DNA of 64,000 nt, taken from Clostridia bacterium. GTDB taxonomy: Bacteria > Bacillota > Clostridia > Oscillospirales > Acutalibacteraceae. The stretch lies in NCBI GenBank assembly GCA_017437005.1, contig JAFSBZ010000042.1, positions 3,397-67,396 on the forward strand. The letters run 5' to 3'. Positions 27,655 through 37,661 of this stretch are shown one piece after another. A model generated the notes under the pieces. That model saw only the letters and a list, made by a program, of their open reading frames with translations, did no database searches and was not told the origin of the DNA. Position 1 is the first letter of the stretch; every line of letters starts with the position of its first letter. The position numbers were made by a program, and so were the translations under genes.

Positions 27655-28485
27655 TTACTGCTGTGTATCTGTTGTACTATCAGGGGTTTTTAACGTTGGC
27701 GCTTTACCATAACCGTAACCGTAACCATAGCCGTAACCGTAGCCGTATTTTGAATATCCATATTTACGATAGTATGCATATTTACGGTAGCCGTACTTAC
27801 GATAGCTATAACCTCTTGATTTTGGATTTGCCGCATTCATAATGGCGCCAAGCAAATTAATATTTGCAAACTTGGCAGATTCAATAGCGCGGCTGATAGA
27901 ATCAGTAGGTGTTACCTGATCTTTTACTACCAACACAAGTCCCGCTGTTTGCGGAGCAATAACCAATGCATCGGTTACTACGTCAACAGGTGGAGTATCA
28001 ATAATAACATAACTGTATTCCTTACCTACGGTGTCAATCAATTCCTTAAATCTTACCGAACCCAAAAGCTCCGATGGGTTAGGTGGAACCTGACCTGCGG
28101 TAATAACATCAAGCGTGTTACTGATATGGTTAATAACCTCTGTATACTTGTTAAAGCCTGCAAGAATATTTGAAAGTCCTGCATTGTTTTCTATTTTCAT
28201 TTTTTTATGAATAGAGCTTTTACGCATATCGGCATCAATAAGCAACACCTTATCACCAAGCTGAGAAAAAGCAATAGCCATATTAACCGACGTTGTTGAT
28301 TTACCTTCACCGGCCTCAGGACTTGTAATACCAAACACCTTAGACTCGCTTGCAGATAACAAAAACGTAAGATTTGTACGAATCGTTTTGTACGCCTCTA
28401 CTACAGCAAATGGGACATGGCGTGACTCGCTTATATTCATAACAGACTGTTTATTATCGGCCTTTTTCTTAATACGCACTGCCAT
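27655..28485 (-). CDS. CpsD/CapB-family tyrosine autokinase (BY-kinase) with a (YG)7 tail
   Basis: Walker A is SPEAGEGKSTT, Walker A' is LLIDADMRKSS and Walker B is VIIDTPPV. The C-terminal cluster YSYRKYGYRKYAYYRKYGYSKYGYGYGYGYGYGYG has 16 Tyr. Confidence 0.9.
   Translation of the reverse strand: MAVRIKKKADNKQSVMNISESRHVPFAVVEAYKTIRTNLTFLLSASESKVFGITSPEAGEGKSTTSVNMAIAFSQLGDKVLLIDADMRKSSIHKKMKIENNAGLSNILAGFNKYTEVINHISNTLDVITAGQVPPNPSELLGSVRFKELIDTVGKEYSYVIIDTPPVDVVTDALVIAPQTAGLVLVVKDQVTPTDSISRAIESAKFANINLLGAIMNAANPKSRGYSYRKYGYRKYAYYRKYGYSKYGYGYGYGYGYGYGKAPTLKTPDSTTDTQQ
27706..27747 (-). repeat. in-frame hexanucleotide tandem repeat (TAY GGY)x7 encoding (YG)7
   Basis: The plus strand reads acc ata acc gta acc gta acc ata gcc gta acc gta gcc gta. 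Confidence 0.9.
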
Positions 28486-29212
28486 AGCCCCCCTTACTCT
28501 TAGATTTTTTGTAGCTGCTTGATTCTACATTTTCAAAATCAGGAACAGCGCCCAAAAGCGGAACGTCAAAGCTGTTTGTAAAATCTTCTTCGCCCTTAAT
28601 AGCGCGGTTAGTAGATTCTATAATAAATAGAATGGCATACGCAACAACTGCGCCAATAACGCCCGCAATCAAGGTTGATTTTACGGTTTGTGGATATGTT
28701 TTTACCGATTTTATTGCAGTAGATGCAACCTTAGCTATAGAATGTGGAATATATTCAGGTATGTATTCGCAAGAAACTTCCACAAACTTGTTGGCAACGC
28801 GCATAGCCTCTTTCGGATCTGTACTTGAGAAGGTTACGTCAATAAAGAGCGTATTATCACCTCTTCTGGCAACGCTCGTTCTACCCATAAGATTTTGATA
28901 ATTGTATTCTTTACCCAACTGGTCAGCAACATCCTTATAAATATCAGGAGTTTTTAAAATATCAATTACCGTTTCTGCCAAATATAAAGAGGCCGAAAGG
29001 TCACTTGCCGAAACTGTACTTTTGTCACTGTAAACTGTTACCGCGCCGTTTGTGGCAATAATAGATGCCGTTGCGCTATACGATGGTGTAATAAAGAATT
29101 TGCAGTAGCTAAACACTGCCGCAGCACAAACCATTGCAGCCAAAAGAAGTATCCACAATCTATGCCATGCTAACATGACAAGGTCCATAATATTTATAGT
29201 TTTTTCTTCCAT
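28469..29212 (-). CDS. Wzz/CpsC-type polysaccharide co-polymerase (BY-kinase transmembrane modulator)
   Basis: Two TM segments flank a periplasm-like domain. Overlaps the kinase gene by 17 nt. The promoter is TTGAAA-17-TATTAT in 29213-29286. Confidence 0.8.
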   Translation of the reverse strand: MEEKTINIMDLVMLAWHRLWILLLAAMVCAAAVFSYCKFFITPSYSATASIIATNGAVTVYSDKSTVSASDLSASLYLAETVIDILKTPDIYKDVADQLGKEYNYQNLMGRTSVARRGDNTLFIDVTFSSTDPKEAMRVANKFVEVSCEYIPEYIPHSIAKVASTAIKSVKTYPQTVKSTLIAGVIGAVVAYAILFIIESTNRAIKGEEDFTNSFDVPLLGAVPDFENVESSSYKKSKSKGGYGSAY

Positions 29213-29286
29213 TATATTCCTCTTCTCATAAAATATCTATTCATACACAAAGTATAATACCATCTTTATGTTGTTTTTTCAAGGGT

Positions 29287-30390
29287 TTATTTTGCATATT
29301 TAGTATACAAATTTATTTGGTCAAAAACGGTAGGACGCAATCCCTGACCCTTAAGTGTTACGCACACATATTCCGTACCAGCATCACTCTGACCAAAAGA
29401 AGCAATACAGTATCCTGATTCATTTACAAAACCGGTCTTTCCGCCCAAAATATCCGAACCTTCAGGTTCGGTGCCGTACATATAACTAAAAAGCGTACTG
29501 GTTAGCGGAATTCCATCGGGGTTTTGAGGTGTTGCGGCGGTTGTATACTGATAGGTCGAAAGAATCTTTTTACACAACTCATTTTGCATTGCCGCGCGTA
29601 TTATAACCGCCATATCCTCAGCCGTGGTATAATGTTCTTTGTTGAAAAGACCGCTCGCATTGGTGAAATGAGTATCCTTAAGGTTAAGTTCTTCTGCCTT
29701 TTTGTTCATAAGTTTTACAAACGCTTCTTCGCTTCCTGCAATTTTAATTGCAAGTCCCGCCGTAGCATCGGCGCCCGAGGGTAAAATAGCACCATAAAGC
29801 ATATCGGTCATATTAACCGACTCTTGATCCTTAAAGCCCGCAATGGTGGCGCCTTGTTCAAAAAAAGGATCGGTTACTTCATAACTAAATGTAAATGTAT
29901 CGTTATAGTCTATTATATAATCGACCGCCGTTAGCATTGTCATTATTTTTGTTGTCGATGCAGGATAGCATCTTTCTGTTGCATTCCGCGAAGCCACAAC
30001 CTGATTGCTTTTGCAGTTTATGACAATTATACTTTGACTTACAATATCACTTGATATTTCTTCAGTATCGGAAGTATACTCCGCAAAGTAGTTTACCTTT
30101 GTCTCTGTGGGCTTTTCTACATCGCTTACAACTTTGTTGGTATTATTAATATTCGATGTTGCGCCTTCTTTGCTTGATTTTTTTGGTATAGCAATCACTA
30201 CAGCAACTAATGCAACTAACAAAATAGCAACAACATAAACCTGCGGTCTGATTTTTAAAGAAAAATTCTTCTTTTTTTCGTTTGGTTTTTCGTCCGATGC
30301 TTTAGTTGTGGGCATCGATTGATTTTTAATTTGTTTTTCAATGGCGGAAAAATATTCGCCGTAATCTTTGTTATTAAATTGTTCGGACAT
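29287..30390 (-). CDS. membrane-anchored D-alanyl-D-alanine carboxypeptidase (S11)
   Basis: N-terminal cytoplasmic segment and one TM. Has STTK (SxxK) and GGKTGF (KTG). Confidence 0.8.
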   Translation of the reverse strand: MSEQFNNKDYGEYFSAIEKQIKNQSMPTTKASDEKPNEKKKNFSLKIRPQVYVVAILLVALVAVVIAIPKKSSKEGATSNINNTNKVVSDVEKPTETKVNYFAEYTSDTEEISSDIVSQSIIVINCKSNQVVASRNATERCYPASTTKIMTMLTAVDYIIDYNDTFTFSYEVTDPFFEQGATIAGFKDQESVNMTDMLYGAILPSGADATAGLAIKIAGSEEAFVKLMNKKAEELNLKDTHFTNASGLFNKEHYTTAEDMAVIIRAAMQNELCKKILSTYQYTTAATPQNPDGIPLTSTLFSYMYGTEPEGSDILGGKTGFVNESGYCIASFGQSDAGTEYVCVTLKGQGLRPTVFDQINLYTKYAK

Positions 30391-30420
30391 ATTTTTCCAC
30401 CTTTAGATTTTTAATTTATG

Positions 30421-31218
30421 CTAAAATTTGCGTCCGGCTCCGCCGCCGCCAAACGAACCTCCGCCGCCGCGAAAACTACCGAATGACCCCGATGAACCAC
30501 CAAACCCGCCGCCGTGAAAATGATTGCCGCCAAAAAATCTTGGCGCTCCAAATAAAAACAATCCACCCCGTCGGCCAAAAGCTGTTACATAAATCACAAC
30601 AATAATTATAAGAACTAACCAAGAAATTGCTACCTTCTCGGCGCTTACCTGTTCTTCGCTTTGTGATATAACATTCATTGGGACATAGTTTTCTGACGGT
30701 TGCATACCGTATTCGATATATACTTCGTTTACAATGGCATTGTAAATTCCCAACAAACCCGCCGAGAAATTATTGTTTGAAAAATACGAGATACCATAGG
30801 TGTCAATTATTCTACCCGTTTTGCTATCCGGCAAGGCACCTTCAAGACCATAACCTACGGAAATGTATATTTCACGATCGGATTCCGACAATAAAATTAC
30901 AACACCGTTATCCTTATCTTCGGCACCAACTCCCCATTCGCGACCTATTTCCAAAGCGTAATCGGCCGCTTGTTTGCCGTCAAGACTTTCAACCGTTACA
31001 ACAACCGCCTGCGCAGTAGTGGCTTCGTGCAGCGCCGCGCCGCTTGTGTATATGGTGTTGGCATCTGCCTCGGTTAAAACCTGTGCAAAATCGTTGACAA
31101 AAAACTTTTCGGTAGGTGTTGGAAGCTGCGCTTTTGCACTTTTTCCACAAGAACAAAGCGAGCATAAAATAATAAGTGTTAAAGTAATCGCCGCTAATCT
31201 TAAAATTATATTTTTCAT
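30421..31218 (-). CDS. TPM domain-containing protein (YgcG-like)
   Basis: Lipoprotein-like signal (LCSLCSCG). Has FVNDFAQVLTEADANTI, a TM segment and a C-terminal Gly-rich tail. Confidence 0.8.
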   Translation of the reverse strand: MKNIILRLAAITLTLIILCSLCSCGKSAKAQLPTPTEKFFVNDFAQVLTEADANTIYTSGAALHEATTAQAVVVTVESLDGKQAADYALEIGREWGVGAEDKDNGVVILLSESDREIYISVGYGLEGALPDSKTGRIIDTYGISYFSNNNFSAGLLGIYNAIVNEVYIEYGMQPSENYVPMNVISQSEEQVSAEKVAISWLVLIIIVVIYVTAFGRRGGLFLFGAPRFFGGNHFHGGGFGGSSGSFGSFRGGGGSFGGGGAGRKF

Positions 31219-31219
31219 A

Positions 31220-31789
31220 TTAACTAAAGTCTACGGTAGGCACCTGATTTGCTGATTCGTCCGCTTCAAAATACTCTACCTGCTCAAAACCAAAAATTCC
31301 TGCAACTATGCTGCCAGGAAAGCGACGTACAGATTTGTTGTAAACCTGCGCAGCGTCGTTATAGTCTTTTCGAGCTACTGCGATGCGGTTTTCAGTTCCT
31401 GCAAGCTCGTCTTGTAGTGCCTTGTATTGTTCGTTTGCTTTAAGCTCGGGATATGCTTCGGTTACTGCGTTCACCCATATATCAATAGCACTATCAAGCT
31501 GAGCGCTTGCCTGTGCTTGCTCTGCGGCTCCCTGAGCAGCAGCCACCTTAGAACGCGCCTCGGTAACAGCAGTAAGCGTTGATTGCTCATAATCCGAATA
31601 TCCTTTTACCGATGCCACAAAGTTTGGTATTAAGTCTGCTCTGCGCTGAAGTTGAACAGATATTGTTGATTGAGCAGTTTTTACCGCCTCTTCTTTGTCG
31701 ACAAAACCGTTATATGAGCCTGTGAGCGAAATTGCAATAATTGCAACTAAGGCAACAACCGCTATTATAGCTATTAAACCTTTTTTCAT
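31220..31789 (-). CDS. lemA: LemA family protein
   Basis: N-terminal TM. Has YNGFV, QLQRRADLIPN and YNDAAQVYN. Confidence 0.88.
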   Translation of the reverse strand: MKKGLIAIIAVVALVAIIAISLTGSYNGFVDKEEAVKTAQSTISVQLQRRADLIPNFVASVKGYSDYEQSTLTAVTEARSKVAAAQGAAEQAQASAQLDSAIDIWVNAVTEAYPELKANEQYKALQDELAGTENRIAVARKDYNDAAQVYNKSVRRFPGSIVAGIFGFEQVEYFEADESANQVPTVDFS

Positions 31790-32961
31790 TTTTTAATCTC
31801 CTTTACAAATTCTTCTATTCTGCGAAGCGCTTCGATTATGTGCTCTGTACTATAACAATACGATGCTCGCACAAATCCCTCGCCGCCTTTACCAAACGCC
31901 GTACCTGGTACAACGGCTACATGCTTTGCTTCGAGCAATCGCTCACAGAACTCTTCACTTGTAAGCCCTGTACTCGCGATACACGGAAAAGCGTAAAACG
32001 CACCCTTTGGCTCTCGGCAAATAAGTCCTGCTTTGTTAAATCCGTCTACAATAAGTCGGCGACGACGATTGTACTCTGCCTTCATATCAGCAACCGCCTC
32101 GTCACAGTTTTTGAGTGCCTCTATGGCAGCATACTGTGCCGTGGTGGGCGCGCACATTATTGCAAATTGATGAATTTTTGTAATCTGCGAAATTATTTCC
32201 GCAGGTCCGCAGGCAAAGCCCAATCGCCAGCCTGTCATAGAAAACGTTTTTGAAAAACCGTTTATCAGTATTGTGCGTTCGCACATACCTTCAATAGATG
32301 CGATAGAAACGTGCGGTTTTTCGGAAAAAGTAAGCTCTGAATAAATTTCATCTGATATTACTAAAATGTTAGTATCTCGCAAAACCTCTGCCAAGGCCTC
32401 TAAATCCTTTCTTTCCATAATTGCGCCTGTAGGATTACAAGGGTATGGCAATATAAGGGCCTTGGTTTTTTTGGTTATTGCATTTTTAAGCTGTCTGGGA
32501 GTTACCTTAAAATCGTTTTCGGCAAGTGTTTCGATTATTACCGGCACACCGCCGCAAAGCGTGGTTATCGGCTCATAACACACATATGAGGGTTGAGGGA
32601 TAATAACCTCGTCACCCGGTGTTATAATCGCACGAAGCGTAGCATCAATTGCCTCACTGCCGCCTACCGAAATAAGTATTTCGTGTGATGGGTCATACTC
32701 CACATTGCATTTACGGTTAATATAATTTGAAATTTCACGTCTAAGCTGTTCCAAACCTGAGTTAGAGGTATATTTAGTTTTTCCCTTTTCAAGCGAGGTT
32801 ATACCTGCTTTTCTTACCAACCAAGGTGTTTGAAAATCAGGCTCGCCCACACCCAAGGATATAACATCGTCCATTGTGGCGGCTATATCAAAAAACTTTC
32901 TTATACCAGAGGGTTTTATGCTTTGTACGGTATTAGACAGTATTTTTGAATAGTCTATCAT
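31786..32961 (-). CDS. class I/II pyridoxal-phosphate-dependent aminotransferase
   Basis: Has GVGEPDF, NPTG and the PLP-lysine motif SKTFSMTGWRLG. Confidence 0.88.
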   Translation of the reverse strand: MIDYSKILSNTVQSIKPSGIRKFFDIAATMDDVISLGVGEPDFQTPWLVRKAGITSLEKGKTKYTSNSGLEQLRREISNYINRKCNVEYDPSHEILISVGGSEAIDATLRAIITPGDEVIIPQPSYVCYEPITTLCGGVPVIIETLAENDFKVTPRQLKNAITKKTKALILPYPCNPTGAIMERKDLEALAEVLRDTNILVISDEIYSELTFSEKPHVSIASIEGMCERTILINGFSKTFSMTGWRLGFACGPAEIISQITKIHQFAIMCAPTTAQYAAIEALKNCDEAVADMKAEYNRRRRLIVDGFNKAGLICREPKGAFYAFPCIASTGLTSEEFCERLLEAKHVAVVPGTAFGKGGEGFVRASYCYSTEHIIEALRRIEEFVKEIKK

Positions 32962-33440
32962 AGCAAAAACGTCCCCCTATCGTCTTTTTCGGTTTCGATA
33001 AGTTTAACATCCATCTCTTTATAGCGTCGCATAACAAAATGTGTTGCGGTTGATGTAACCGAATCGATAGTTGCAAGCTCACGTGCAACAAAACGTGAAA
33101 CCTCCTGTAAATTTTTACCCTTTACAACAACGTTAAGATCATATCCACCCGACATAAGATATACTGCTTCTACCTCGGGATATGAAGCTACCTTTTCAGC
33201 AACCTCCTCAAAACCTAAATCAGCCTTTGGCACAACGTTTAACTCAATTATCGCAGAAACTCTTGTTGCATCTATCTTTTCCCAGTCAATAACGGTTTTA
33301 TATCCACAGATTACACCCTCCTTTTGGAGCGTGTCAATCTCTGCCGCTACCGCCTCGGGAGTCGAAGCAGTCATCGTGGCAATTTGCTCTACCGTATATC
33401 GTGCATTAGCACCAAGCAATTTTAAAATTTCATTTCTCAT
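32958..33440 (-). CDS. Lrp/AsnC family transcriptional regulator
   Basis: 160 aa with an N-terminal HTH and a C-terminal RAM-like domain. Translationally coupled to the aminotransferase gene. Confidence 0.8.
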   Translation of the reverse strand: MRNEILKLLGANARYTVEQIATMTASTPEAVAAEIDTLQKEGVICGYKTVIDWEKIDATRVSAIIELNVVPKADLGFEEVAEKVASYPEVEAVYLMSGGYDLNVVVKGKNLQEVSRFVARELATIDSVTSTATHFVMRRYKEMDVKLIETEKDDRGTFLL

Positions 33441-33586
33441 AACTAATGACCTCCTAATGAGTTTATCACCTATAATCTATATTATTATAATAAAAATATA
33501 GCAATTCGTCAATATAAAATAAAGTGTATTGAAAACACAAAAGATATATGTTAAAATAAAATGATTAAACTTTTGGCGGTGATTTT

Positions 33587-34951
33587 ATGAGTGAACGCAC
33601 AATTGCGGCTATAGCCACACCTTTAGGTGAAGGCGGTATAAGCGTTATACGAATTTCGGGCGATAATGCAATAGATGTTGCCGAAAAATGCTTTTGCACC
33701 TTTTCAGGCGAAAAGTTATCAAATCTTGGTGGCTATCAAGCGGCATACGGCAAGGTTGTTGATAACGAAAAAGAAGCTCTTGACGATGCTGTAGCACTTG
33801 TTTTTCGCGCGCCAAAAAGTTATACGGGTGAAAATGTTGTAGAAATATCGTGTCACGGCGGTACAGTGGTTGCAAGACAGGTTTTACGACGTGTTTTAGA
33901 ATGTGGTGCTACGCTTGCCACGGGCGGTGAATTTACAAAACGCGCATTTTTAAACGGTAAGCTTGACCTTACTAAAGCCGAGAGCGTTATGGGGTTAATT
34001 TCTGCGCGCAGTGATGCGGCAGCCAAAATATCTCGTGGCGCACGTGAAGGGCGAATAAGCCGCGATACCGAGGATATTTTAAATAAATTACTTGAAACGG
34101 CTGCATCGCTTGCGGCGTTTGCCGATTACCCCGACGAAGATATCCCCAACCTAAACGAAGAAAACTTTGCAAAATTGCTTGACGAATGTTACGCAAAATG
34201 TGAAAAATTGATTTCTACCTACGATGCAGGTCGTATAATTCGCGAAGGCATAAACTGTGCAATCGTTGGTAAACCAAATGTTGGTAAATCAACACTTATG
34301 AATATGCTGTGCGGAAGTGATCGTTCTATTGTTACCAATATTGCAGGCACTACGCGTGACGTAGTTGAAACGACCGTCAACGTTGGGGATATTACACTCA
34401 ATCTTGCCGATACTGCAGGTATTCACGAAACGGATGATACCGTAGAGCAATTTGGTGTAGACCGTGCAAAACAAAAAATAGATAACGCCGAATTGTTGCT
34501 TGCGGTTTTTGACTCGTCTTTACCGCTTGACGATGATGACAAAAAACTGCTTTGCAGTATTCGTGATAAAAAGTGCATTGTTGTACTTAACAAAACCGAC
34601 CTTACACCCGTTTTAAATAAAAACGAACTAAATGAATTTGAAATTATAGAAATTTCCGCAAAATCAGGAAGCGGTTATAATACGCTTTGCTCCGCTATAA
34701 ACCACATTTGCAAAACCGCGATGCTCTCGCCCGATGATACTATCCTTATAAACGAGCGTCAAAGAGATTGTGTAAATCGTGCTTTAAATGCCGTAAGTGC
34801 GGCGCGTGATGCACTTAATATGGGTATGACGCTTGATGCTGTGGGCGTTTGTGTTGACGACGCCATTGCAGCTTTATTAGAACTTACAGGTAAGCGTGTT
34901 ACAAACGAGGTTTGTGATGAAATATTTAAAAGATTTTGTGTAGGCAAATAA
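33587..34951 (+). CDS. mnmE: tRNA modification GTPase MnmE
   Basis: Has TIAAIATP, GKPNVGKSTLMN, DTAG and the C-terminal FCVGK. Confidence 0.95.
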   Translation: MSERTIAAIATPLGEGGISVIRISGDNAIDVAEKCFCTFSGEKLSNLGGYQAAYGKVVDNEKEALDDAVALVFRAPKSYTGENVVEISCHGGTVVARQVLRRVLECGATLATGGEFTKRAFLNGKLDLTKAESVMGLISARSDAAAKISRGAREGRISRDTEDILNKLLETAASLAAFADYPDEDIPNLNEENFAKLLDECYAKCEKLISTYDAGRIIREGINCAIVGKPNVGKSTLMNMLCGSDRSIVTNIAGTTRDVVETTVNVGDITLNLADTAGIHETDDTVEQFGVDRAKQKIDNAELLLAVFDSSLPLDDDDKKLLCSIRDKKCIVVLNKTDLTPVLNKNELNEFEIIEISAKSGSGYNTLCSAINHICKTAMLSPDDTILINERQRDCVNRALNAVSAARDALNMGMTLDAVGVCVDDAIAALLELTGKRVTNEVCDEIFKRFCVGK

Positions 34952-34968
34952 AATCAAAGAGGATTTTT

Positions 34969-36837
34969 ATGATAAAAGAGTATTTAGCAGAACAATATGA
35001 TATAGCCGTAATTGGTGGCGGACACGCAGGTATTGAGGCAGCACTTGCCCCTGCGCGTCTTGGACTTAAAACGGTTATGTTTACAATAAATCTTGACTGG
35101 GTAGGCAATATGCCATGTAACCCGTCCATTGGCGGCACAGCAAAAGGTCATCTTGTTCGTGAGCTTGATGCCTTGGGCGGCGAAATGGGTAAAGCAGCCG
35201 ATGCCACAACACTACAAAGCCGTATGCTTAACCGCGGCAAAGGCCCTGCGGTTTATTCACTACGCGCGCAGATTGACCGCCGCGAATACTGTAGTTATAT
35301 GAAACACGCGGTAGAAAAGCAAAAAAACCTTGATGTTAAACAGGCCGAGATTGTACATATTGAAAAACGCGATGACGGACTTTGGCACTGCATTACCCGT
35401 CTTGGCGCCGACTACGCGTGCAAATGCGTAATTCTTGCAACCGGCACCTTTTTAGGTGGCAGAATTTATATAGGCGAAGTCAATTACGAAAGCGGTCCCG
35501 ACGGCAACTTCCCCGCAACCGAGCTTGCCGCTTCACTCAAAAAGCTTAACATTCCGCTTCGCCGTTTTAAAACGGGTACTCCCGCGCGTGTAGACCGCGC
35601 AAGCATTGATTTTTCAAAGCTTGAAATTCAGGATGGCGATGAAGATACCGTTCCCTTTAGTTTTTCAACCACCGAAAAGCCACAGAACAAGGTTGTTTGT
35701 CACATTGGATATACAAATGATGATACCAAAAAGGTAATACTTGAAAATTTACACCGTTCACCGCTTTATGCCGGTGATATTGAGGGTGTGGGACCACGAT
35801 ATTGCCCAAGCATTGAAGATAAAATAGTTCGTTTTGCTGATAAACAACGTCACCAAATGTTTGTTGAGCCTTGCGGAGAAAACACCGAGGAAATGTACCT
35901 ACAGGGTATGTCCTCCTCGCTACCCGAAGAAGTACAGCTTAAATTTTACCGTACTATACCCGGTCTTGAAAACGTAAAGGTTATGCGCACGGCATACGCT
36001 ATAGAATATGATTGCATCGACCCGTTAGCACTTTATGCTACGCTCGAAATAAAAGAACAACCGGGTCTATACGGTGCAGGTCAGTTTAACGGTTCGTCGG
36101 GCTATGAAGAAGCCGCCGCCCAGGGATTTGTAGCGGGTGTAAATGCCGCTCACAAAATACTTGGATTAGAGCCGCTTGTACTTTCGCGTTCCTCTTCATA
36201 TATTGGTACGCTTATAGATGACCTTGTAACAAAAGGTTGCTCTGATCCATACCGTATGATGACCTCGCGTAGTGAATACCGCCTATTGTTACGTCAGGAT
36301 AATGCCGATGAACGACTAATGCCTACAGGTTACGGCCTTGGTCTTGTAAGCGAATACGAATACAATCGCTTTTTAGAACGCAAAAAGCTTAAAGAGCAAG
36401 AAATTGAGCGTGTTAACAACACATTTTTTGCTCCAAGCAAGGCTCTTAATGAATTGCTCGAAAGCCGAGGCACCGCGCCGCTTACTACAGGCTGTCGCCT
36501 TGCCGACCTTATAAAGCGCCCCCAGCTCGACTACAAGTGTTTGGCTCCTTTTGATAAAGAACGTCCCGAACTTCCCGACGATGTTTGTGAAAAGGTAGAG
36601 GTGGAAATTAAATACGAGGGATATATCAGTCGTCAGCAAGCACAGGTTGACGAAATGCTCCGCCTTGAAAACAAAGCGTTGCCTAAGGATTTTGACTACA
36701 CCACAATCAAAGGTCTTCGTCTTGAAGCTGCAGAAAAGCTTAATAAAATCAAACCCGAAAACATTGGTCAGGCATCACGCATATCGGGCGTTAGCCCTGC
36801 CGACGTATCGGTGCTTTTAATTTATCTTTCAAAGTAG
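34969..36837 (+). CDS. mnmG: tRNA uridine 5-carboxymethylaminomethyl modification enzyme MnmG
   Basis: Start at MIKEY (34969, RBS agagga). Has DIAVIGGGHAGIEAA and GPRYCPSIEDK. Confidence 0.95.
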   Translation: MIKEYLAEQYDIAVIGGGHAGIEAALAPARLGLKTVMFTINLDWVGNMPCNPSIGGTAKGHLVRELDALGGEMGKAADATTLQSRMLNRGKGPAVYSLRAQIDRREYCSYMKHAVEKQKNLDVKQAEIVHIEKRDDGLWHCITRLGADYACKCVILATGTFLGGRIYIGEVNYESGPDGNFPATELAASLKKLNIPLRRFKTGTPARVDRASIDFSKLEIQDGDEDTVPFSFSTTEKPQNKVVCHIGYTNDDTKKVILENLHRSPLYAGDIEGVGPRYCPSIEDKIVRFADKQRHQMFVEPCGENTEEMYLQGMSSSLPEEVQLKFYRTIPGLENVKVMRTAYAIEYDCIDPLALYATLEIKEQPGLYGAGQFNGSSGYEEAAAQGFVAGVNAAHKILGLEPLVLSRSSSYIGTLIDDLVTKGCSDPYRMMTSRSEYRLLLRQDNADERLMPTGYGLGLVSEYEYNRFLERKKLKEQEIERVNNTFFAPSKALNELLESRGTAPLTTGCRLADLIKRPQLDYKCLAPFDKERPELPDDVCEKVEVEIKYEGYISRQQAQVDEMLRLENKALPKDFDYTTIKGLRLEAAEKLNKIKPENIGQASRISGVSPADVSVLLIYLSK

Positions 36838-36845
36838 AGGTTTGT

Positions 36846-37562
36846 ATGATTAACTTTAACATCGAAAAAATCGTTCCCTTATGCGAAAAGTTTGGTTTAA
36901 CTCTTGATAAAATGGCTATCGAACGTCTTAACACATACGGTAATATGCTGGTTGAATGGAACGAAAAAATGAACCTTACAGCCATAACCGAGCCGCAAGA
37001 GGTTCTTTACAAGCATTTTTTAGATTGCCTTTTATTCTTTAAAAACGTTGATGTGAAAAAAGGCGCCAAAATTATTGATGTTGGCACGGGCGCCGGTTTT
37101 CCAGGAATGGTACTTAAAATTGCACGTCCCGATATAGAACTAACACTTATGGACGGACTTAACAAGCGTCTTACCTTTTTAAATGCTGTGCTTTCCGAAT
37201 TAAAGCTTGATGCCAAAACTGTTCATATGCGCGCCGAGGACGGCGGCAAATCACCCGTCTACCGCGAAAAGTATGACATTGCTTGCGCGCGTGCGGTTGC
37301 CAACCTGCCTGTACTGTGTGAATATTGCATTCCGTTTGTAAAGGTTGGGGGACAGTTTGTTGCTATGAAGGGTTCCGCCGCAGGCGAAGAATTGGATACC
37401 GCAGGCAATGCATATAAAACGCTCGGCTGTCAAAAAGCCACTATTATATGTGAAAATTTGCGAGAAAATGAGGCTCGAGCCTTTATAATTGCAAAAAAAA
37501 CATCGCAAACTCCGCCAAAATATCCTCGTATGGGAGGAAAAATAGCAAAAAGCGCCTTATAA
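36846..37562 (+). CDS. rsmG: 16S rRNA (guanine527-N7)-methyltransferase RsmG
   Basis: Has WNEKMNLTAI and DVGTGAGFPG. Confidence 0.92.
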   Translation: MINFNIEKIVPLCEKFGLTLDKMAIERLNTYGNMLVEWNEKMNLTAITEPQEVLYKHFLDCLLFFKNVDVKKGAKIIDVGTGAGFPGMVLKIARPDIELTLMDGLNKRLTFLNAVLSELKLDAKTVHMRAEDGGKSPVYREKYDIACARAVANLPVLCEYCIPFVKVGGQFVAMKGSAAGEELDTAGNAYKTLGCQKATIICENLRENEARAFIIAKKTSQTPPKYPRMGGKIAKSAL

Positions 37563-37661
37563 AAAGGTGCTTTTTTGTTTTTAATGTCGTTTTTTAACGA
37601 GCGATTATGCTTTACAAAAGCATTTTTTTAAATTAAACTTTTAATCGTAGGAGGTGCTGTG

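Noticed and set aside
33441-33586. Possible oriC or DnaA-box cluster upstream of mnmE
   Set aside because: The spacer is AT-rich, but I found no TTATCCACA-like boxes in it. Isolated near-matches elsewhere (for example tgatccaca near 21490) are single.
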